From: an uncultured cyanobacterium
GTDB lineage: Bacteria; Cyanobacteriota; Cyanobacteriia; Pseudanabaenales; Pseudanabaenaceae
NCBI GenBank assembly: GCA_963703315.1
Contig: OY969811.1
Coordinates: 2,048,001 to 2,112,000 of the forward strand
DNA length: 64,000 bases
Reading direction: 5' to 3'
Shown one piece after another: positions 9,966-22,521 of this stretch. A program made the position numbers and the translations under genes. The notes under the pieces are model-generated. The model worked only from the letters and a program-made list of their open reading frames with translations. It was not told the DNA's origin and did not search any database. Positions within the stretch are counted from its first letter, which is position 1; the number at the start of each line of letters is the position of its first letter.

Positions 9966-11636
9966 TTAAAAACTAAATACTGTGCGTAAGCTCAAGATCG
10001 AGATTGTGCCATTAGTACTGTTGTTATTAGGATTAAAGATCATCTGCAAATCTGGCGTGATTGTAATCTGCGAGGAAATGGGGAATTTAACAAATAACTC
10101 AAGATTAGTTTGAGTCGCGTTGCCCACATTTCCATCGATAAAGGGTTGCCCGATCGCGATCGCGCCCAAACCACCTTCAGTAAATAAATCGGGAAAGGAC
10201 AGTCCTAATGACCATGTTTGCGGCTGAATGGAACTACCTGCAAAGTTGGCATTGATATAGGTGGGTAATGCATCACGAATAGGATTGTCGCGGTTTTGAA
10301 TGGAACCGAATCCATATCTGCCAAATACTGCGAAGCCTTTGTTAATTAACCATTCAAAGTTCAGACCACCGATATTGTAATCCAGATTATTGACGGAGCC
10401 ATTGGTATATTGCAAACGGATAGATACAGGTGTGTTTTCTTGGGCATCTTTTGGCGCAAATTCTAATTCAGCGATCGCTTGATAGGGGTCGCCAAATAGC
10501 CCTTGATTAATATTGCGAGTCGGATCACTGGTAGCAAATCCTGCGCCAGTCGTGACATAACCTAATCTCAAAGTAAAGTCTCCTTGATGAGGATTCCATT
10601 CAACTAAGCCGCCAGTGCCATCATTTACAGGCAATAAAAGCGGATTACTGATAAAGATACTGGACGAAAAATCTATAGTTTCGTCATTAGAGAAGCTGTT
10701 TAAATCAAAATAATCATTTAGGGCTAATACTGGTGCGATCGTGACTTTGATATCTTTGTCTATCGGAAATGTATAGCGAAAAGCCCCCAAATAAAATTCT
10801 GGAGAAATTCCTCCATATTCTAATTCAGAACTACTAGCAAAACCACCATAGCCAATAAATTGGTCGGGTTGGTCTAAAAAGCTGCCAACACTTAAGCCAC
10901 TGTTACCAGCTTCTAGTCTGGTATATAAGAGATCTTCCCCAGTAAAGCTGGTACTTAGATTCAATCTCACGATCGCGATCACATTAGTATTCGGGTTTAA
11001 CTGGCTGGAAATGATTGAGTTTTGATCGACATCTAAAGCAGGTTGAGCAAGGTCACTTTTACTGGCGTAATTAGCAGCGATCGCCATAATCGCCACTCCA
11101 TTCAATTTAGTTGTGGGTGAGAAAGAGTTTGCTTCTAAATCGTTGGTTTTAGCTTCCAGATTGGTGACGGTATTAGTTAGCGATGATAGCTCTGTCGCAA
11201 AGTTTGCTTGCAATTTTTGTAAAGTAATGAAGTCTGTTTGACTTAGTTTATTTTCTAGAGCAGTTTGCAGTTGCTGCGTTAGGCGATCGCTGCAAGCTCT
11301 GAGCGCGGCGGCAAATTCATAACGAGACAAAGCGCGATCGCCTTGATAAGTCAAATTTGGATAGCCGACTAGGCATTTATAGCGATCGACAAGGGATTGC
11401 AAGGCGACAAAAGCCCAATCCTGAGAGCTAATGTCTGTGAGTTGAGAAACATTTGGATAGGAGTTAGATGCTTGAGACAAAAAAAGTACATTGTCACTAT
11501 CATTGCGATTTGAAACTTTGTTTAATTCAGGAGTCTCTTGCGCCAATAGCTGATTCAGAAAAGAAGTGTTTGCTGAAAAAATAATTGCGCCAAACAATAG
11601 CAATTTACCAAAAGATTTATCTAACAATAGAGCCAT
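9966..11636 (-). CDS. Cyanobacterial SLH-OprB outer-membrane porin (iron-uptake porin family)
   Basis: SLH 'DWAFVALQSLVDRY.C..GYP', 'SRYEFAA', 'FSPTTKL.G', C-terminal 'LRTVFSF'. Confidence 0.9.
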   Translation of the reverse strand: MALLLDKSFGKLLLFGAIIFSANTSFLNQLLAQETPELNKVSNRNDSDNVLFLSQASNSYPNVSQLTDISSQDWAFVALQSLVDRYKCLVGYPNLTYQGDRALSRYEFAAALRACSDRLTQQLQTALENKLSQTDFITLQKLQANFATELSSLTNTVTNLEAKTNDLEANSFSPTTKLNGVAIMAIAANYASKSDLAQPALDVDQNSIISSQLNPNTNVIAIVRLNLSTSFTGEDLLYTRLEAGNSGLSVGSFLDQPDQFIGYGGFASSSELEYGGISPEFYLGAFRYTFPIDKDIKVTIAPVLALNDYFDLNSFSNDETIDFSSSIFISNPLLLPVNDGTGGLVEWNPHQGDFTLRLGYVTTGAGFATSDPTRNINQGLFGDPYQAIAELEFAPKDAQENTPVSIRLQYTNGSVNNLDYNIGGLNFEWLINKGFAVFGRYGFGSIQNRDNPIRDALPTYINANFAGSSIQPQTWSLGLSFPDLFTEGGLGAIAIGQPFIDGNVGNATQTNLELFVKFPISSQITITPDLQMIFNPNNNSTNGTISILSLRTVFSF

Positions 11637-13367
11637 AAACTTGTTACAGATCTTAACTGAGATCCGCTTTATTTAATAATTTTAGCAAAAAATTACAAGT
11701 ATAAATGACAAAATTTACGATTGTAATCAGTCTAATTAATTGTAATTTTATAATACAATTAATTAGACATTTTTTAAAATCTTGGTTTCATAGTCATAAT
11801 TTCTGTAAACCTTTGTTTTTGAGCCTCATGATTTCCTCATTTTTTAGTGCAATACTTCCGACAGTTCCAAAACCTTGTGTCAACGACCCCATATGTATAT
11901 GGCTAGTATTTTGGTCTTTATTTAAATTACCGTTAGCTTTTGAGCCAACAGCCAACTAAATCAAAATACTGCACAAAAAGCCTTATAGACTCGTTAAAAA
12001 AATGTCCGAAGTATTGATAATAGAAATTCTGAATTAGCAATCGATCATAGAACAAAATGCTTTTGCAAATTTATTAAGATTGACATACAATTATTATTAG
12101 TTGATTTTAACAACTAATAATAAGTATTTTTAACTATTAAGTCCGTAAATACTTATTAGTTAAAAATACCTATTAGTTAAAAATAACAATCTATAGCACT
12201 CCTAAATCTATAAAAATGCCTAAATTATTTGTAGATTTTTAGATTTGCTATATTCGTCTTCAAGTTATAGTGAGGATCGCCATTATAAATATGTTTGTTA
12301 AACTACAAAATTGCTACTTTTTATTATTAATTTGATCTGTAATCAGAAATATTTATGACGCAATATTGAGAAATCATCTTTTCGATTGAGTGTATTCCTA
12401 GTCAATATTTATAACTGTGGGCTGTTTTATGCCACTCATCTCAGAATCTGCACAACCAAAGTCTCAAAAACAGGGTATATCCTTACAGCTTTTGTTAGTC
12501 GTGCCATTTGTTTTGCAGATTTTTGCAGCAGTAGGGATTACAGGATATATCTCACTACGCAATGGTCAACAATCTGTCAACGATCTTGCCAGTCAGTTAA
12601 ATAGCAAAACTGGTCGTCTGGTTGAGCAGCATTTAGATAGTTATTTGGGTGTTCCTCCCAAAATCAATCAAATTAACGTTGATGCGATCGCCGTTGGTTT
12701 ACTTGACTTAAAAGATTTTGCAAAGGCTGGGCGCTATTTTTGGAAGCAAATGCAAGCTTATAATGTTGCCTACATTAGTTATGGATTAGCAAACGGGGAC
12801 TATATCGGTGCAGGTTATCTCAAGGAAGGCTCGGAAATCGTTATTGATGAAATCTCTAGCAAAACTAAAGGTAAAGCTTTTACTTATAAGGTCGATGTCG
12901 ATGGCAATCGTCTGGAAAAATTTCGTAAATATGAGTATAAACCTTTGGAGGAGTCTTGGTATCCTAGAACTGTAGAGGCTAACAAACCAATTTGGACAGA
13001 AGTTTACGCTTGGGATAATGGCAAAGGGGATTTTGGTATTTCTCACAATCAACCTATTTATGGGAAGCAGAAAGAAATTGTCGGGATAATGAGTGTCGAT
13101 TTTTTATTGAGTGGAATTAGTGACTTTCTGACTCGAATTCAGCTTAGTCCTTCCGCGCAAATATTTGTGATTGAACGAAATGGGCTGTTAGTCGCTAATT
13201 CTAATAAGCAAAAAGTGATTGCGACTATTAATGGTAAAGAAGATCGCCTTAATATTCTTCAAAGCCAAGATCCACTGGTACGCGAAACTGCAAAGCATTT
13301 ACAGCAAAAGTTTGGTGATTTTAAGACGATCCAAACGGAATTTCAAAGCTCAGACTTTATATACCAA

Positions 13368-15083
13368 CCCACATTCCGCTCGTAATGGAAGGGTAAAATA
13401 ATTAACTAAAGGTAAGGCACAAGAGCAAAAAGAGGAGGCAGGTATTAATACAGAGATGAAAGTAACGAACCTAGACCATCTAGGGATCGTGGCAGGAATC
13501 ATCGACGAGATGGGAATCGTGGAAGAAATAAACACGATAATCGGGAGAAGCTCAAGAGAAAAAGTAAGTGCAGGAGTAATTGTCAAAGCCATGCTCCTGA
13601 ATGGATTAGGATTTGTATCAGCACCCCTGTATATGTTTGGTAAATTCTTTGAAGGGAAACCAACCGAGCACTTATTGGGGGAAGGGATAACAGCCGAACA
13701 AATCAATGATGACCGCATCGGTAAAGTACTGGATGACTTACATGAAGCAGGACTGAGTGAGACATTTTTAGGAATCAGCCTGAAAGCAGTAGCAAAATAC
13801 GATGTCAAGGTAGAAACAGGACATATAGACTCAACCTCATTTCACGTAGATGGGGAATATGGCAGAGAGGAAGAAGGGAGTATCGAAATCACACACGGAT
13901 ATTCACGCGACCATCGCCCCGACCTGAAGCAATTTATGATGAACCTGATCTGTGTAGGAGATGGAGACATTCCCGTGATGATGGAAGTGGTAAGTGGAAA
14001 TCAAGCCGACAAAGCAAGATTTGCAGGACTATTACAAGAATTCAAAACCCAGTGGACATTTGAGGGAATATGCGTAGGCGATGCAGCGCTATACAGTGAA
14101 GAAAATCTGGTAGCAATGACAGGACTAAAATGGCTAACCCGAGTGCCATTAAGCATCAAAACTGCAAGTGACTTAGTGTCAAGCACAACTGACCTACAAG
14201 AAAGTAAATTTAAGGGATACAGGACAGCCGAAACTGTGAGTGAGTATGGTGGTGTAAGACAGAGATGGATTTTAGTTGATAGCCAAGCAAGACGTAAATC
14301 AGACATCAAAAAGTTAGACAAAAAGCTTGAGCAAGTCCAGCAAAAATGTCATCAAGATTTACACACTTTGGCGGGACAAGATTTTGCCTGTGCTGCTGAC
14401 GCGATCGCTGCTGCTGAAAAATTATCAACCAAGATGAAATGGCATCAACTCGACCATATTCAGGCAGTAGAAAAACCACATTATGCGAAACGGGGTAAGC
14501 CACAACCTGATGCTATACCCACCAGCATTAGTTATCGGATTACTGCAACGGTGATTCCTATAGACTCAGAAATCTTGGCTCAGCAACAGCGTTGTGGCAG
14601 GTTTATTTTAGCCACGAATATTCTTGATTCCTTACAATTCACGGCTGATGATGCTTTACGGGAATACAAGGCTCAGCAGAGCACTGAGCGTGGTTTTCGT
14701 TTCCTCAAAGATCCTTTGTTTTTTACTTCGAGTGTTTTTCTCAAGTCTGCTAAACGCATTGAGGCTTTGGGCATGATTATGGCACTGTGCTTGCTCGTTT
14801 ATAATTTAGCCCAACGTCAACTCAGACTTGCCTTAGCCATCGCTCAAGATACTATTCCTAATCAATTGGGTAAACCCACTAATTCGCCAACTTTGCGTTG
14901 GATTTTTCAATGTTTTATGGCGGTTCATTTAGTTTCTTTTCAGAACCTGACTCAAGTTGCAAATTTGTCTCCGCTTCGCCTTCACATTTTGAATTTCTTT
15001 TCTCCCTCCTGCCAACGCTACTATTTGCTCCCTGCTCCTGTTTCGTAATTGTTTTTTTTCTTCCATTACGAGCGGAATGTGGG
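13368..15083 (+). mobile_element. IS1634-family insertion sequence
   Basis: 24-bp TIRs cccacattccgctcgtaatggaag / cttccattacgagcggaatgtggg; 6-bp TSD TACCAA at 13362-13367 and 15084-15089. Confidence 0.95.
13456..15048 (+). CDS. IS1634-family DDE transposase
   Basis: '[13 protein letters not shown]', 'HIDSTSF', '[12 protein letters not shown]', 'YK.Q...ERGFRFLK'. Confidence 0.92.
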   Translation: MKVTNLDHLGIVAGIIDEMGIVEEINTIIGRSSREKVSAGVIVKAMLLNGLGFVSAPLYMFGKFFEGKPTEHLLGEGITAEQINDDRIGKVLDDLHEAGLSETFLGISLKAVAKYDVKVETGHIDSTSFHVDGEYGREEEGSIEITHGYSRDHRPDLKQFMMNLICVGDGDIPVMMEVVSGNQADKARFAGLLQEFKTQWTFEGICVGDAALYSEENLVAMTGLKWLTRVPLSIKTASDLVSSTTDLQESKFKGYRTAETVSEYGGVRQRWILVDSQARRKSDIKKLDKKLEQVQQKCHQDLHTLAGQDFACAADAIAAAEKLSTKMKWHQLDHIQAVEKPHYAKRGKPQPDAIPTSISYRITATVIPIDSEILAQQQRCGRFILATNILDSLQFTADDALREYKAQQSTERGFRFLKDPLFFTSSVFLKSAKRIEALGMIMALCLLVYNLAQRQLRLALAIAQDTIPNQLGKPTNSPTLRWIFQCFMAVHLVSFQNLTQVANLSPLRLHILNFFSPSCQRYYLLPAPVS

Positions 15084-16894
15084 TACCAAGGCGAGCACCA
15101 ATTTTTGCAAGTCACACCTTGGCGTGATCGCTATGGATTAGATTGGCTGGTGGTGGTAGTCGTGCCTGAGTCAGACTTTATGGCGCAGATCAATGCCAAT
15201 ACGCGCACCACGATTTTGCTTTGTCTTGTGGCACTGGCGATCGCCATTTTGGTGGGACTGATCACATCGCGTTGGATCGCCAAACCGATTCAAGGTTTAA
15301 ATAAAGCTGCCGCCGCGATCGCTGAGGGCGAACTAGAAACTCGCGTAAATATTCAAGGCATTAATGAATTAGAAGTCCTATCAACTTCCTTTAATCAGAT
15401 GGCTTCCGAACTGCAAGAATCCTTTGAAAATCTGGAAGATAAAGTTGCCGATCGCACGATAGAACTCCAAAAAGCCAAGGAACAAGCTGAAGTTGCCAAT
15501 GTTGCCAAAAGTGAATTTCTCGCTAACATGAGCCATGAACTGCGAACACCATTAAATGCGATCTTAGGCTTTACCCAAATCATGAACCGCGATCGCAGCC
15601 TCAATAAATCACAACTTGAGAATCTCGGTATCATCGGTCGTAGCGGCGAGCATTTATTGGCTCTGATTAATGATGTCCTTGATATGTCCAAAATTGAATC
15701 AGGAAGAATCGCCCTCCATGAGACTGATTTTGACCTACGCGAAACTCTTTATTTGGTCGTAGAAATGTTTCAAATGCGTGCTGATACTAAGGACTTATAT
15801 CTTAAACTCGAACAATCAGCCGACCTCCCTCAATTTGTCCGCACTGATGAAAAGAAACTACGCCAAGTCTTGATTAATCTGATTAGTAATGCCCTTAAAT
15901 TCACGAAAACAGGCGGAATTACCATCGAGGTGAAGCTTGAGAATTTAAGAGATAATAATTCATTAGCAAATATCCATTTTTCAGTTAGCGATACTGGTGA
16001 TGGCATTGCTGCCGATGAAGCCGATAAGGTCTTTGATCCATTTATGCAAACAGAATCAGGACGCAAATCTGAGCAAGGTACAGGTTTAGGCTTACCAATC
16101 AGCCGTAAGTTCGTGCAACTCATGGGCGGCGATATCACCTTCAAGAGTGAAGTTGGCATTGGTACAGTTTTTGAGTTTAGTATCCAAGCAAAAATAAGTG
16201 AATCGGCTAAGGCGATCGCTGCTAAACCCATCAGTCGAGTCATTGGTCTCGCACCCAATCAAAAAAACTATCGAATTTTAGCCGTTGACGATCGCTGGGA
16301 AAATCGTCAAATTCTTTTAAAACTATTGACTCCAATTGGCTTTGAAGTAAAAGAAGCTGAAAATGGACAGATCGCGATTAATATTTGGGAACAATGGCAA
16401 CCAGATTTAATTTGGATGGATATGCGAATGCCTGTAATGAATGGCTATGAAGCTACTACCCAGATCCGATCCCACCTCAAAGGTCAAGCAACTACAATTA
16501 TCGCGCTCACAGCCAGTACCTTAGAAGAAGAAAGAGCAATCGTCCTATCGGCAGGTTGTGATGATTTTGTACGCAAACCCTTTCTCGAAGATACTATCTT
16601 TGAGAAGATGTCACAATATCTTGGTGTGCAGTACGTTTATGAAGCGATCGCCCCCAGTCAGCCAAAATCTAGTGAAGCTCCAGTCAAATTCACGGCTGAG
16701 TCGCTGTTGGTAATGCCCAAAGCATGGCTAATCGAACTTGAGCAGGCTGCTTCACAACTAGATGGCAATGCGATCGCGCAGTTATTAACCCAAGTACCAC
16801 AGGAGCATTTCCTGATTACTAAAGAGATTGAAGATCATGTTAATGATTTTGACTTTGATCGAATTATCACTTTGGTGCAAGAGGCAATTTCCCC

Positions 16895-19151
16895 ATGAAT
16901 GAATCTATCAACTCACCTCAAAATTCATCTTCAGCGATTATAACTGGATTCACAAAAACAGAAAGAGTGATTTTGATTGTTGATGACTTACCTGACAATC
17001 TCCGTGTTTTGTCCGCCGCCTTGTCAGGACAAGGATTCCAAATTCGTTGCGCTAAAAGTGGGGCGATCGCACTGATGGCAGTCCAGACAACTTGTCCAGA
17101 TTTGATCTTGCTAGATATCAAAATGCCTGACATGGACGGTTACGAAGTTTGTCAGCGACTCAAAGCATCTGAATCTACTTGCGATACTCCGATCATCTTT
17201 TTAAGTGCCTTAGATGATGTTTTTGATAAGGTCAAAGCTTTTAACCTTGGTGGTGCTGACTATATTACCAAGCCCTTTCAAGTTGAAGAAGTCTTAATCC
17301 GTGTTAAACATCAACTATCAACTTAAAGCCGCCCAAGCCGAAATTTTTCAACTTAATCAGCAACTCGAAGAACGTATTCAGCGTCGTACTCAACAGTTGG
17401 AAATCACCAATCAAGCGTTACAGCAAGAAATTACTGAACGTCAACTTATCCAAGAATCTTTGAAAGTGAGTGAAGAGCGATTAGACAGTATTCTAGGTGC
17501 GATCGAAGATGTTGTTTGGTCTATGGATGAAACTATGTCCAAGACTCTCTATCTTAACTCTGCTGTAGAAAGAATCTATGGTTATCCAATGTCTGATTTC
17601 TTGGAAGATCATCACCTCTGGCTAAAGGTTATTCATCCTGAGGATCGTCTTCGTGTTAAAAATATTACGCACACGATCCTGCTCACAGGTAGTTTTAACG
17701 AAGAATATCGGATTTTACGCCCCGATCAGGAAATTCGCTGGATCAACAATCAGGGACATTGTATTTACGATCGCGATGGCAAGCTGCTCCGTATTGATGG
17801 CATTGTCCGCGATATCACCGCGCAGAAAAAGGCACAGCAGCAACTAGTCCATGATGCGTTCCATGACGCACTGACAAATTTACCTAATCGCAACCTGTTT
17901 ATGGAAAGGATTGAGCAAGCCCTCAATCACAACAAACGACATCCCCAATATCTGTTTGCGGTCATGTTTATCGATCTAGATCGATTCAAGATGATTAACG
18001 ATAGCCTCGGTCATGCAGTTGGTGATCAGTTTTTGCAAGCGATCGCCAAACTATTGGCAAGCTGTCTCCGAGGAGGCGATACTGTGGCGCGTCTTGGTGG
18101 TGACGAATTCACAATTCTAGTTAACGATATGCGTGAACCTAGCGAGGCAGTGATGATTGCTGAGCGCATTCTCAATAAATTTCTACATCCAATTGAGATA
18201 GATAATCAATCCATCTTTGGCAGTGTGAGTATCGGTATCGTGATCAGCAACCCAGAATATGAGACTGCTGATAATTTACTTAGAGATGCTGATATTGCGA
18301 TGTATCGCGCCAAAGCTCTTGGTAAAGGCAGGTACACGATGTTTGACAAGGAAATGTATGAGCAAAATCTTAAGACGATTCAACTTGATAACGATTTGCG
18401 CTACGCCCTAGAACGCCAAGAATTTGAGCTATATTATCAACCGATCATCCATCTACCCTCTGAGAAATTAGCTGGTTTTGAAGCGCTAATCCGTTGGCAT
18501 CATCCTGAACGCGGCTTAGTGCCACCGAATGAGTTCATCTCCCTTGCCGAAGAAACGGGCTTAATTATTGCGATCGGTGATTGGGTTCTCCATCAAGCTT
18601 GTCAACAAATGCGTACTTGGCGAAGCAAATTTCCTGAAGCCCAATCGCTTAAGATGAGTGTTAATCTTACTTGTCAGCAAATACGCGAAAAAGATCTAAT
18701 CGAGAAACTAGATCGGGTCTTAGCGGTATCAGGAATCGATGGTAGTATCCTCCGTCTAGAAATCACCGAAAGCTCAATGATGGATCAAGGTGAAGAAACG
18801 ATCTCCAAACTAGAAGAATTACGCGCCCGCAATATCCAACTGAGCATTGATGACTTTGGACAGGGTTATTCTTCTCTCAGCTATCTCCATCGCTTTCCCG
18901 TAAATACTCTCAAAATTGATCGCAGTTTTGTGGAACTAATGAGCCTCGGCGGACAAAATCTTGCGATTATCCGCACGATTATCATTCTTGCCCATGCTCT
19001 AGATATGAATGTAGTAGCAGAAGGTGTAGAGACCCGTGAACAGATGTCCATGTTAAAGCAATTGGGCTGTGAGTATGGTCAAGGCTATTTTTTCTCTCGT
19101 CCGATCATCGCTGCGGCTGCCGAACAAATAATTAACAACCAAAAGATATAG
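16895..19151 (+). pseudogene. REC-PAS-GGDEF-EAL c-di-GMP response regulator split by a frameshift at ~17310-17326
   Basis: REC ORF 16895-17326 stops within the linker; the next frame continues KAAQAEI...PAS, GGDEF, EAL; tandem ATCAACT ATCAACT at the break. Confidence 0.8.
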
Positions 19152-19257
19152 CTCGCTATTAGGACAAATCAAAACCCACTTATCCTATTGATCTATCAAC
19201 AAATTAGAGCTTTCATGCTAAATGTTTAGTATTATTAAGACTCAAGACTAGCGATCT

Positions 19258-19361
19258 AATACCAATTCACGAAAGTGTGACTACACTTTTGTGAATTAAA
19301 AACCAAACCCAGTAAGGATTTTCAGATTAAGAAATGGCTACGCCATTTCTTAATCTGGTAT
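19258..19361. repeat. ~104-bp small inserted element (ATACC...GGTAT ends)
   Basis: Absent from the paralogous copy at 9751-9855; related inverted copy at 45123-45199. Confidence 0.8.
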
Positions 19362-19414
19362 GAGCAATCGCTTGCTTTCCTATTCGCATATTTTCGCATA
19401 TTGATTGATAAGTA

Positions 19415-21997
19415 ATGGATACCAGCAGATATACCCCCCAACAGATCGAACCCAAGTGGCAAAAAGTTTGGGCTGAGAAACAACTTGACAAAGTAAATAA
19501 CGACGCAATCGGTGCAGAAAAAAAGAAATTCTATGCGCTGTCAATGTTTCCCTATCCATCGGGCGATCTGCACATGGGTCATGTCCGTAACTACACGATC
19601 ACCGATGTAATAGCCCGTTACAAAAGAATGCAAGGCTATCAGGTGCTGCACCCTATGGGCTGGGATGCCTTCGGGTTGCCTGCGGAAAATGCAGCGATCG
19701 ATCGCAATACCCATCCTGCCAAATGGACTTATGCGAATATCGCCAATATGCGATCGCAGCTTCAGCAAGTGGGCTTGTCCTACGACTGGGATCGTGAATT
19801 AGCGACCTGTTCACCCGACTATTACAAATGGACGCAATGGATCTTTTTACAATTTTTGGAAGCGGGTTTGGCTTATCAAAAGGAAGCAAAGGTTAACTGG
19901 GACCCAATTGATCAGACCGTAATTGCCAATGAACAGGTGGATAGTGAAGGTCGTTCTTGGAGATCGGGTGCGATCGTTGAAAAACGCAAATTGCGTCAAT
20001 GGTTTTTCAAAATCACCGACTATGCCGAACAACTTTTGCAAGATCTAGACAAGCTCACCGACTGGCCTTCTAATGTCAAGATCATGCAAGCCAACTGGAT
20101 TGGCAAGTCTACAGGCGCAGAGCTAAGTTTTCCCATCGTTGGCAGTGACGAAAAAATCACAGTTTTTACGACGCGCCCCAATACGGTTTATGGTGTGAGC
20201 TATGTCGTACTTGCCCCTGAACACCCCTTAGTCGAGACTTTGACAAGTACTGCTCAAAAAGAAGCCGTTGAAGCGTTCATTCAGGAAGTCAAAAATCTCA
20301 GCGAAATCGATCGCACTTCCGATGATCGCCCCAAACGTGGCGTAGCGATCGGCGCAAGTGTAATCAATCCATTCACAGGTAAAGAAGTTCCGATCTGGAT
20401 TGCTGATTATGTTCTCTTTGAATATGGCACAGGCGCAGTGATGGGGGTTCCTGCCCATGATGTTCGCGATTTCGCCTTTGCGAAGCAATACAATCTTCCC
20501 ATCCAAACTGTCATCACACCAAACTCTCCTCTCCCACAGGGAGAGGGGCAGGGGGGGAGGGAATCCGCTTACACCGAAGCAGGAATCATGGTCAATTCGG
20601 AAGAGTTTGACGGCTTAGATTCCGTAACTGCGAAAACTAAGATTGTGGAACTTGCGGAAAACAATCAATGGGGAACCGCCAAAATCACCTATCGCTTGCG
20701 TGACTGGTTGATTTCGCGCCAAAGATATTGGGGCTGTCCAATTCCTGTCATCCATTGCCCGAAATGCGGAATAGTTCCCGTTCCCCATGCCGACTTGCCG
20801 ATCGCTTTGCCCGAAGATGTCGAACTCACAGGTCGCGGCGCGTCCCCATTAGCACAATTAGACTCTTGGGTAAATGTCCCCTGTCCTAAATGCGGCACGG
20901 CTGCCAAGCGCGAAACCGACACGATGGATACTTTTATCGATTCCTCTTGGTATTTCTTGCGGTTTGCTGATGCAAAGAACGATCAAGAAATCGGCGATCG
21001 CCATGCTATTAATAATTGGATGCCCGTCGATCAATATGTCGGCGGTGTCGAACACGCGATTTTGCATTTACTCTATTCAAGATTTGTGACTAAAGTTTTG
21101 CGCGATCGCGGTTTGCTGAATTTCGATGAACCCTTTACGAGATTGCTGACTCAGGGAATGGTGCAGGGATTGACCTACATGAATCCTAACAAGAGTGGCA
21201 AAGATAAATGGGTTCCCTCGGCTTTAGTCGATCCTAAAGATCCCAAAGATCCCAAAACAGGTGAACCTTTGCAAGCGCTATTTGCCACGATGTCCAAATC
21301 AAAGGGCAATGGTGTATCTCCTGAACAGGCGATCGCTAAATATGGAGCCGACACTTTGCGGATGTTCACTCTTTTCAAAGCTCCACCCGAAAAGGATTTG
21401 GAATGGGAAGATGCGGATGTCGAAGGTCAACAGCGCTTCTTAAATCGCGTGTGGCGCTTAGTCTCTAGCTTTGCTGAAACCAAGCAGAATGGCATCTCTA
21501 AAAAAGTCGATAAGAACTTACGCAGAGCCATTCACATCGCGATTAAGGAAGTCTCTGAAGATTTCGATGGAGGCTATCAACTGAATACCGCCATTTCGGA
21601 AATGATGAAGCTTAGCAATGCTTTGCAAGATGCTGAAGATAAGAGTTCGGCTACTTTCTTAGAAGGTATCGAAACTCTCTTAACCTTGCTTGCTCCCTTT
21701 GCACCACACATTGCTGAGGAACTTTGGTCATTGATTGGAAATGAAGGCTCGATTCATTTGCAGCCTTGGCTTACCCACGATCCCAATGCGCTCACCGTTG
21801 ATGAGATTACCCTCGTCATTCAAATCAATGGCAAAGTGCGCGGCAGTCTCCAAGTGCCATCTAGCGCTAGCAATGATAAGCAAGCATTGGAAGAATATGC
21901 TCGCAGTTCAGAAGCAGCGCAGAAGTATCTTGAAGGTAAGGAGATTAAGAAGGTGATTGCGGTTGTCGGCAAGTTGGTGAATTTTGTAGTTGTTTAA
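19415..21997 (+). CDS. leuS: Leucine--tRNA ligase
   Basis: 'MFPYPSG.LHMGH', '[13 protein letters not shown]', CP1 editing domain, 'TMSKS'. Confidence 0.98.
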   Translation: MDTSRYTPQQIEPKWQKVWAEKQLDKVNNDAIGAEKKKFYALSMFPYPSGDLHMGHVRNYTITDVIARYKRMQGYQVLHPMGWDAFGLPAENAAIDRNTHPAKWTYANIANMRSQLQQVGLSYDWDRELATCSPDYYKWTQWIFLQFLEAGLAYQKEAKVNWDPIDQTVIANEQVDSEGRSWRSGAIVEKRKLRQWFFKITDYAEQLLQDLDKLTDWPSNVKIMQANWIGKSTGAELSFPIVGSDEKITVFTTRPNTVYGVSYVVLAPEHPLVETLTSTAQKEAVEAFIQEVKNLSEIDRTSDDRPKRGVAIGASVINPFTGKEVPIWIADYVLFEYGTGAVMGVPAHDVRDFAFAKQYNLPIQTVITPNSPLPQGEGQGGRESAYTEAGIMVNSEEFDGLDSVTAKTKIVELAENNQWGTAKITYRLRDWLISRQRYWGCPIPVIHCPKCGIVPVPHADLPIALPEDVELTGRGASPLAQLDSWVNVPCPKCGTAAKRETDTMDTFIDSSWYFLRFADAKNDQEIGDRHAINNWMPVDQYVGGVEHAILHLLYSRFVTKVLRDRGLLNFDEPFTRLLTQGMVQGLTYMNPNKSGKDKWVPSALVDPKDPKDPKTGEPLQALFATMSKSKGNGVSPEQAIAKYGADTLRMFTLFKAPPEKDLEWEDADVEGQQRFLNRVWRLVSSFAETKQNGISKKVDKNLRRAIHIAIKEVSEDFDGGYQLNTAISEMMKLSNALQDAEDKSSATFLEGIETLLTLLAPFAPHIAEELWSLIGNEGSIHLQPWLTHDPNALTVDEITLVIQINGKVRGSLQVPSSASNDKQALEEYARSSEAAQKYLEGKEIKKVIAVVGKLVNFVVV

Positions 21998-22057
21998 GTC
22001 TGTGGGTGGTGTTTATCACCACCCTATCTATTTACTCAATAACGAGGCTATATTTTT

Positions 22058-22492
22058 ATGGAAGAATTATTGACTCTGAAGGAATTGCTAGTTTGTGGGG
22101 ATATTCCTGCGGCGATGGTTTTGGTTGAGGAAATGACGGAGATGAGTAAGGATGATAAAATTAGCAAAATTTTCAGCTACAGTATTATTCTGCTAGTTCA
22201 TCTCATCAAGCAAAAGACAGAAAAACGTTCCACGCGATCGTGGGATCTCTCGATTTATAACTCGACCACTCAAATTCGGCGTGCAAATCAGCGTCGTAAG
22301 GCTAAGGGAACTTATCTTAGTCAATTAGAACTTTATGAAACTTTAGCAGAGGCTTATAATATTGCTCTTTCTAGTGCAGCGATCGAGGCTTTTGAAGGTC
22401 GCTATGAGGCGGATGAGTTAGCGGCAATGTGCGATCGCGATGAGATTTTGGCAAATGCAGTAAAATTAATCGAGCAGGAATCAGTTAATTAA
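22058..22492 (+). CDS. DUF29 family protein
   Basis: 'EEMTEMSKDDKI.KI.S...ILLVHLIK', 'RSWD.SI'. Confidence 0.8.
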   Translation: MEELLTLKELLVCGDIPAAMVLVEEMTEMSKDDKISKIFSYSIILLVHLIKQKTEKRSTRSWDLSIYNSTTQIRRANQRRKAKGTYLSQLELYETLAEAYNIALSSAAIEAFEGRYEADELAAMCDRDEILANAVKLIEQESVN

Positions 22493-22521
22493 GTATTTAC
22501 AAGCAAATAATAGGAGTTTAT

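Larger units (their letters stand above)
12429..16898 (+). pseudogene. Cache-HAMP hybrid sensor histidine kinase (HisKA-HATPase-REC) interrupted by IS1634
   Basis: N-half 12429-13367, C-half 15090-16898 ([25 protein letters not shown]); removing the IS restores ...[12 protein letters not shown]... in frame. Confidence 0.9.

Noticed and set aside
11705..11959. 84-aa ORF, and the many short ORFs antisense to or nested in core genes
   Set aside because: No motifs; explained as chance or shadow ORFs
14898..15083. N-terminal extension of the 666-aa kinase ORF
   Set aside because: Open frame reading out of the IS1634 right end, not native kinase sequence
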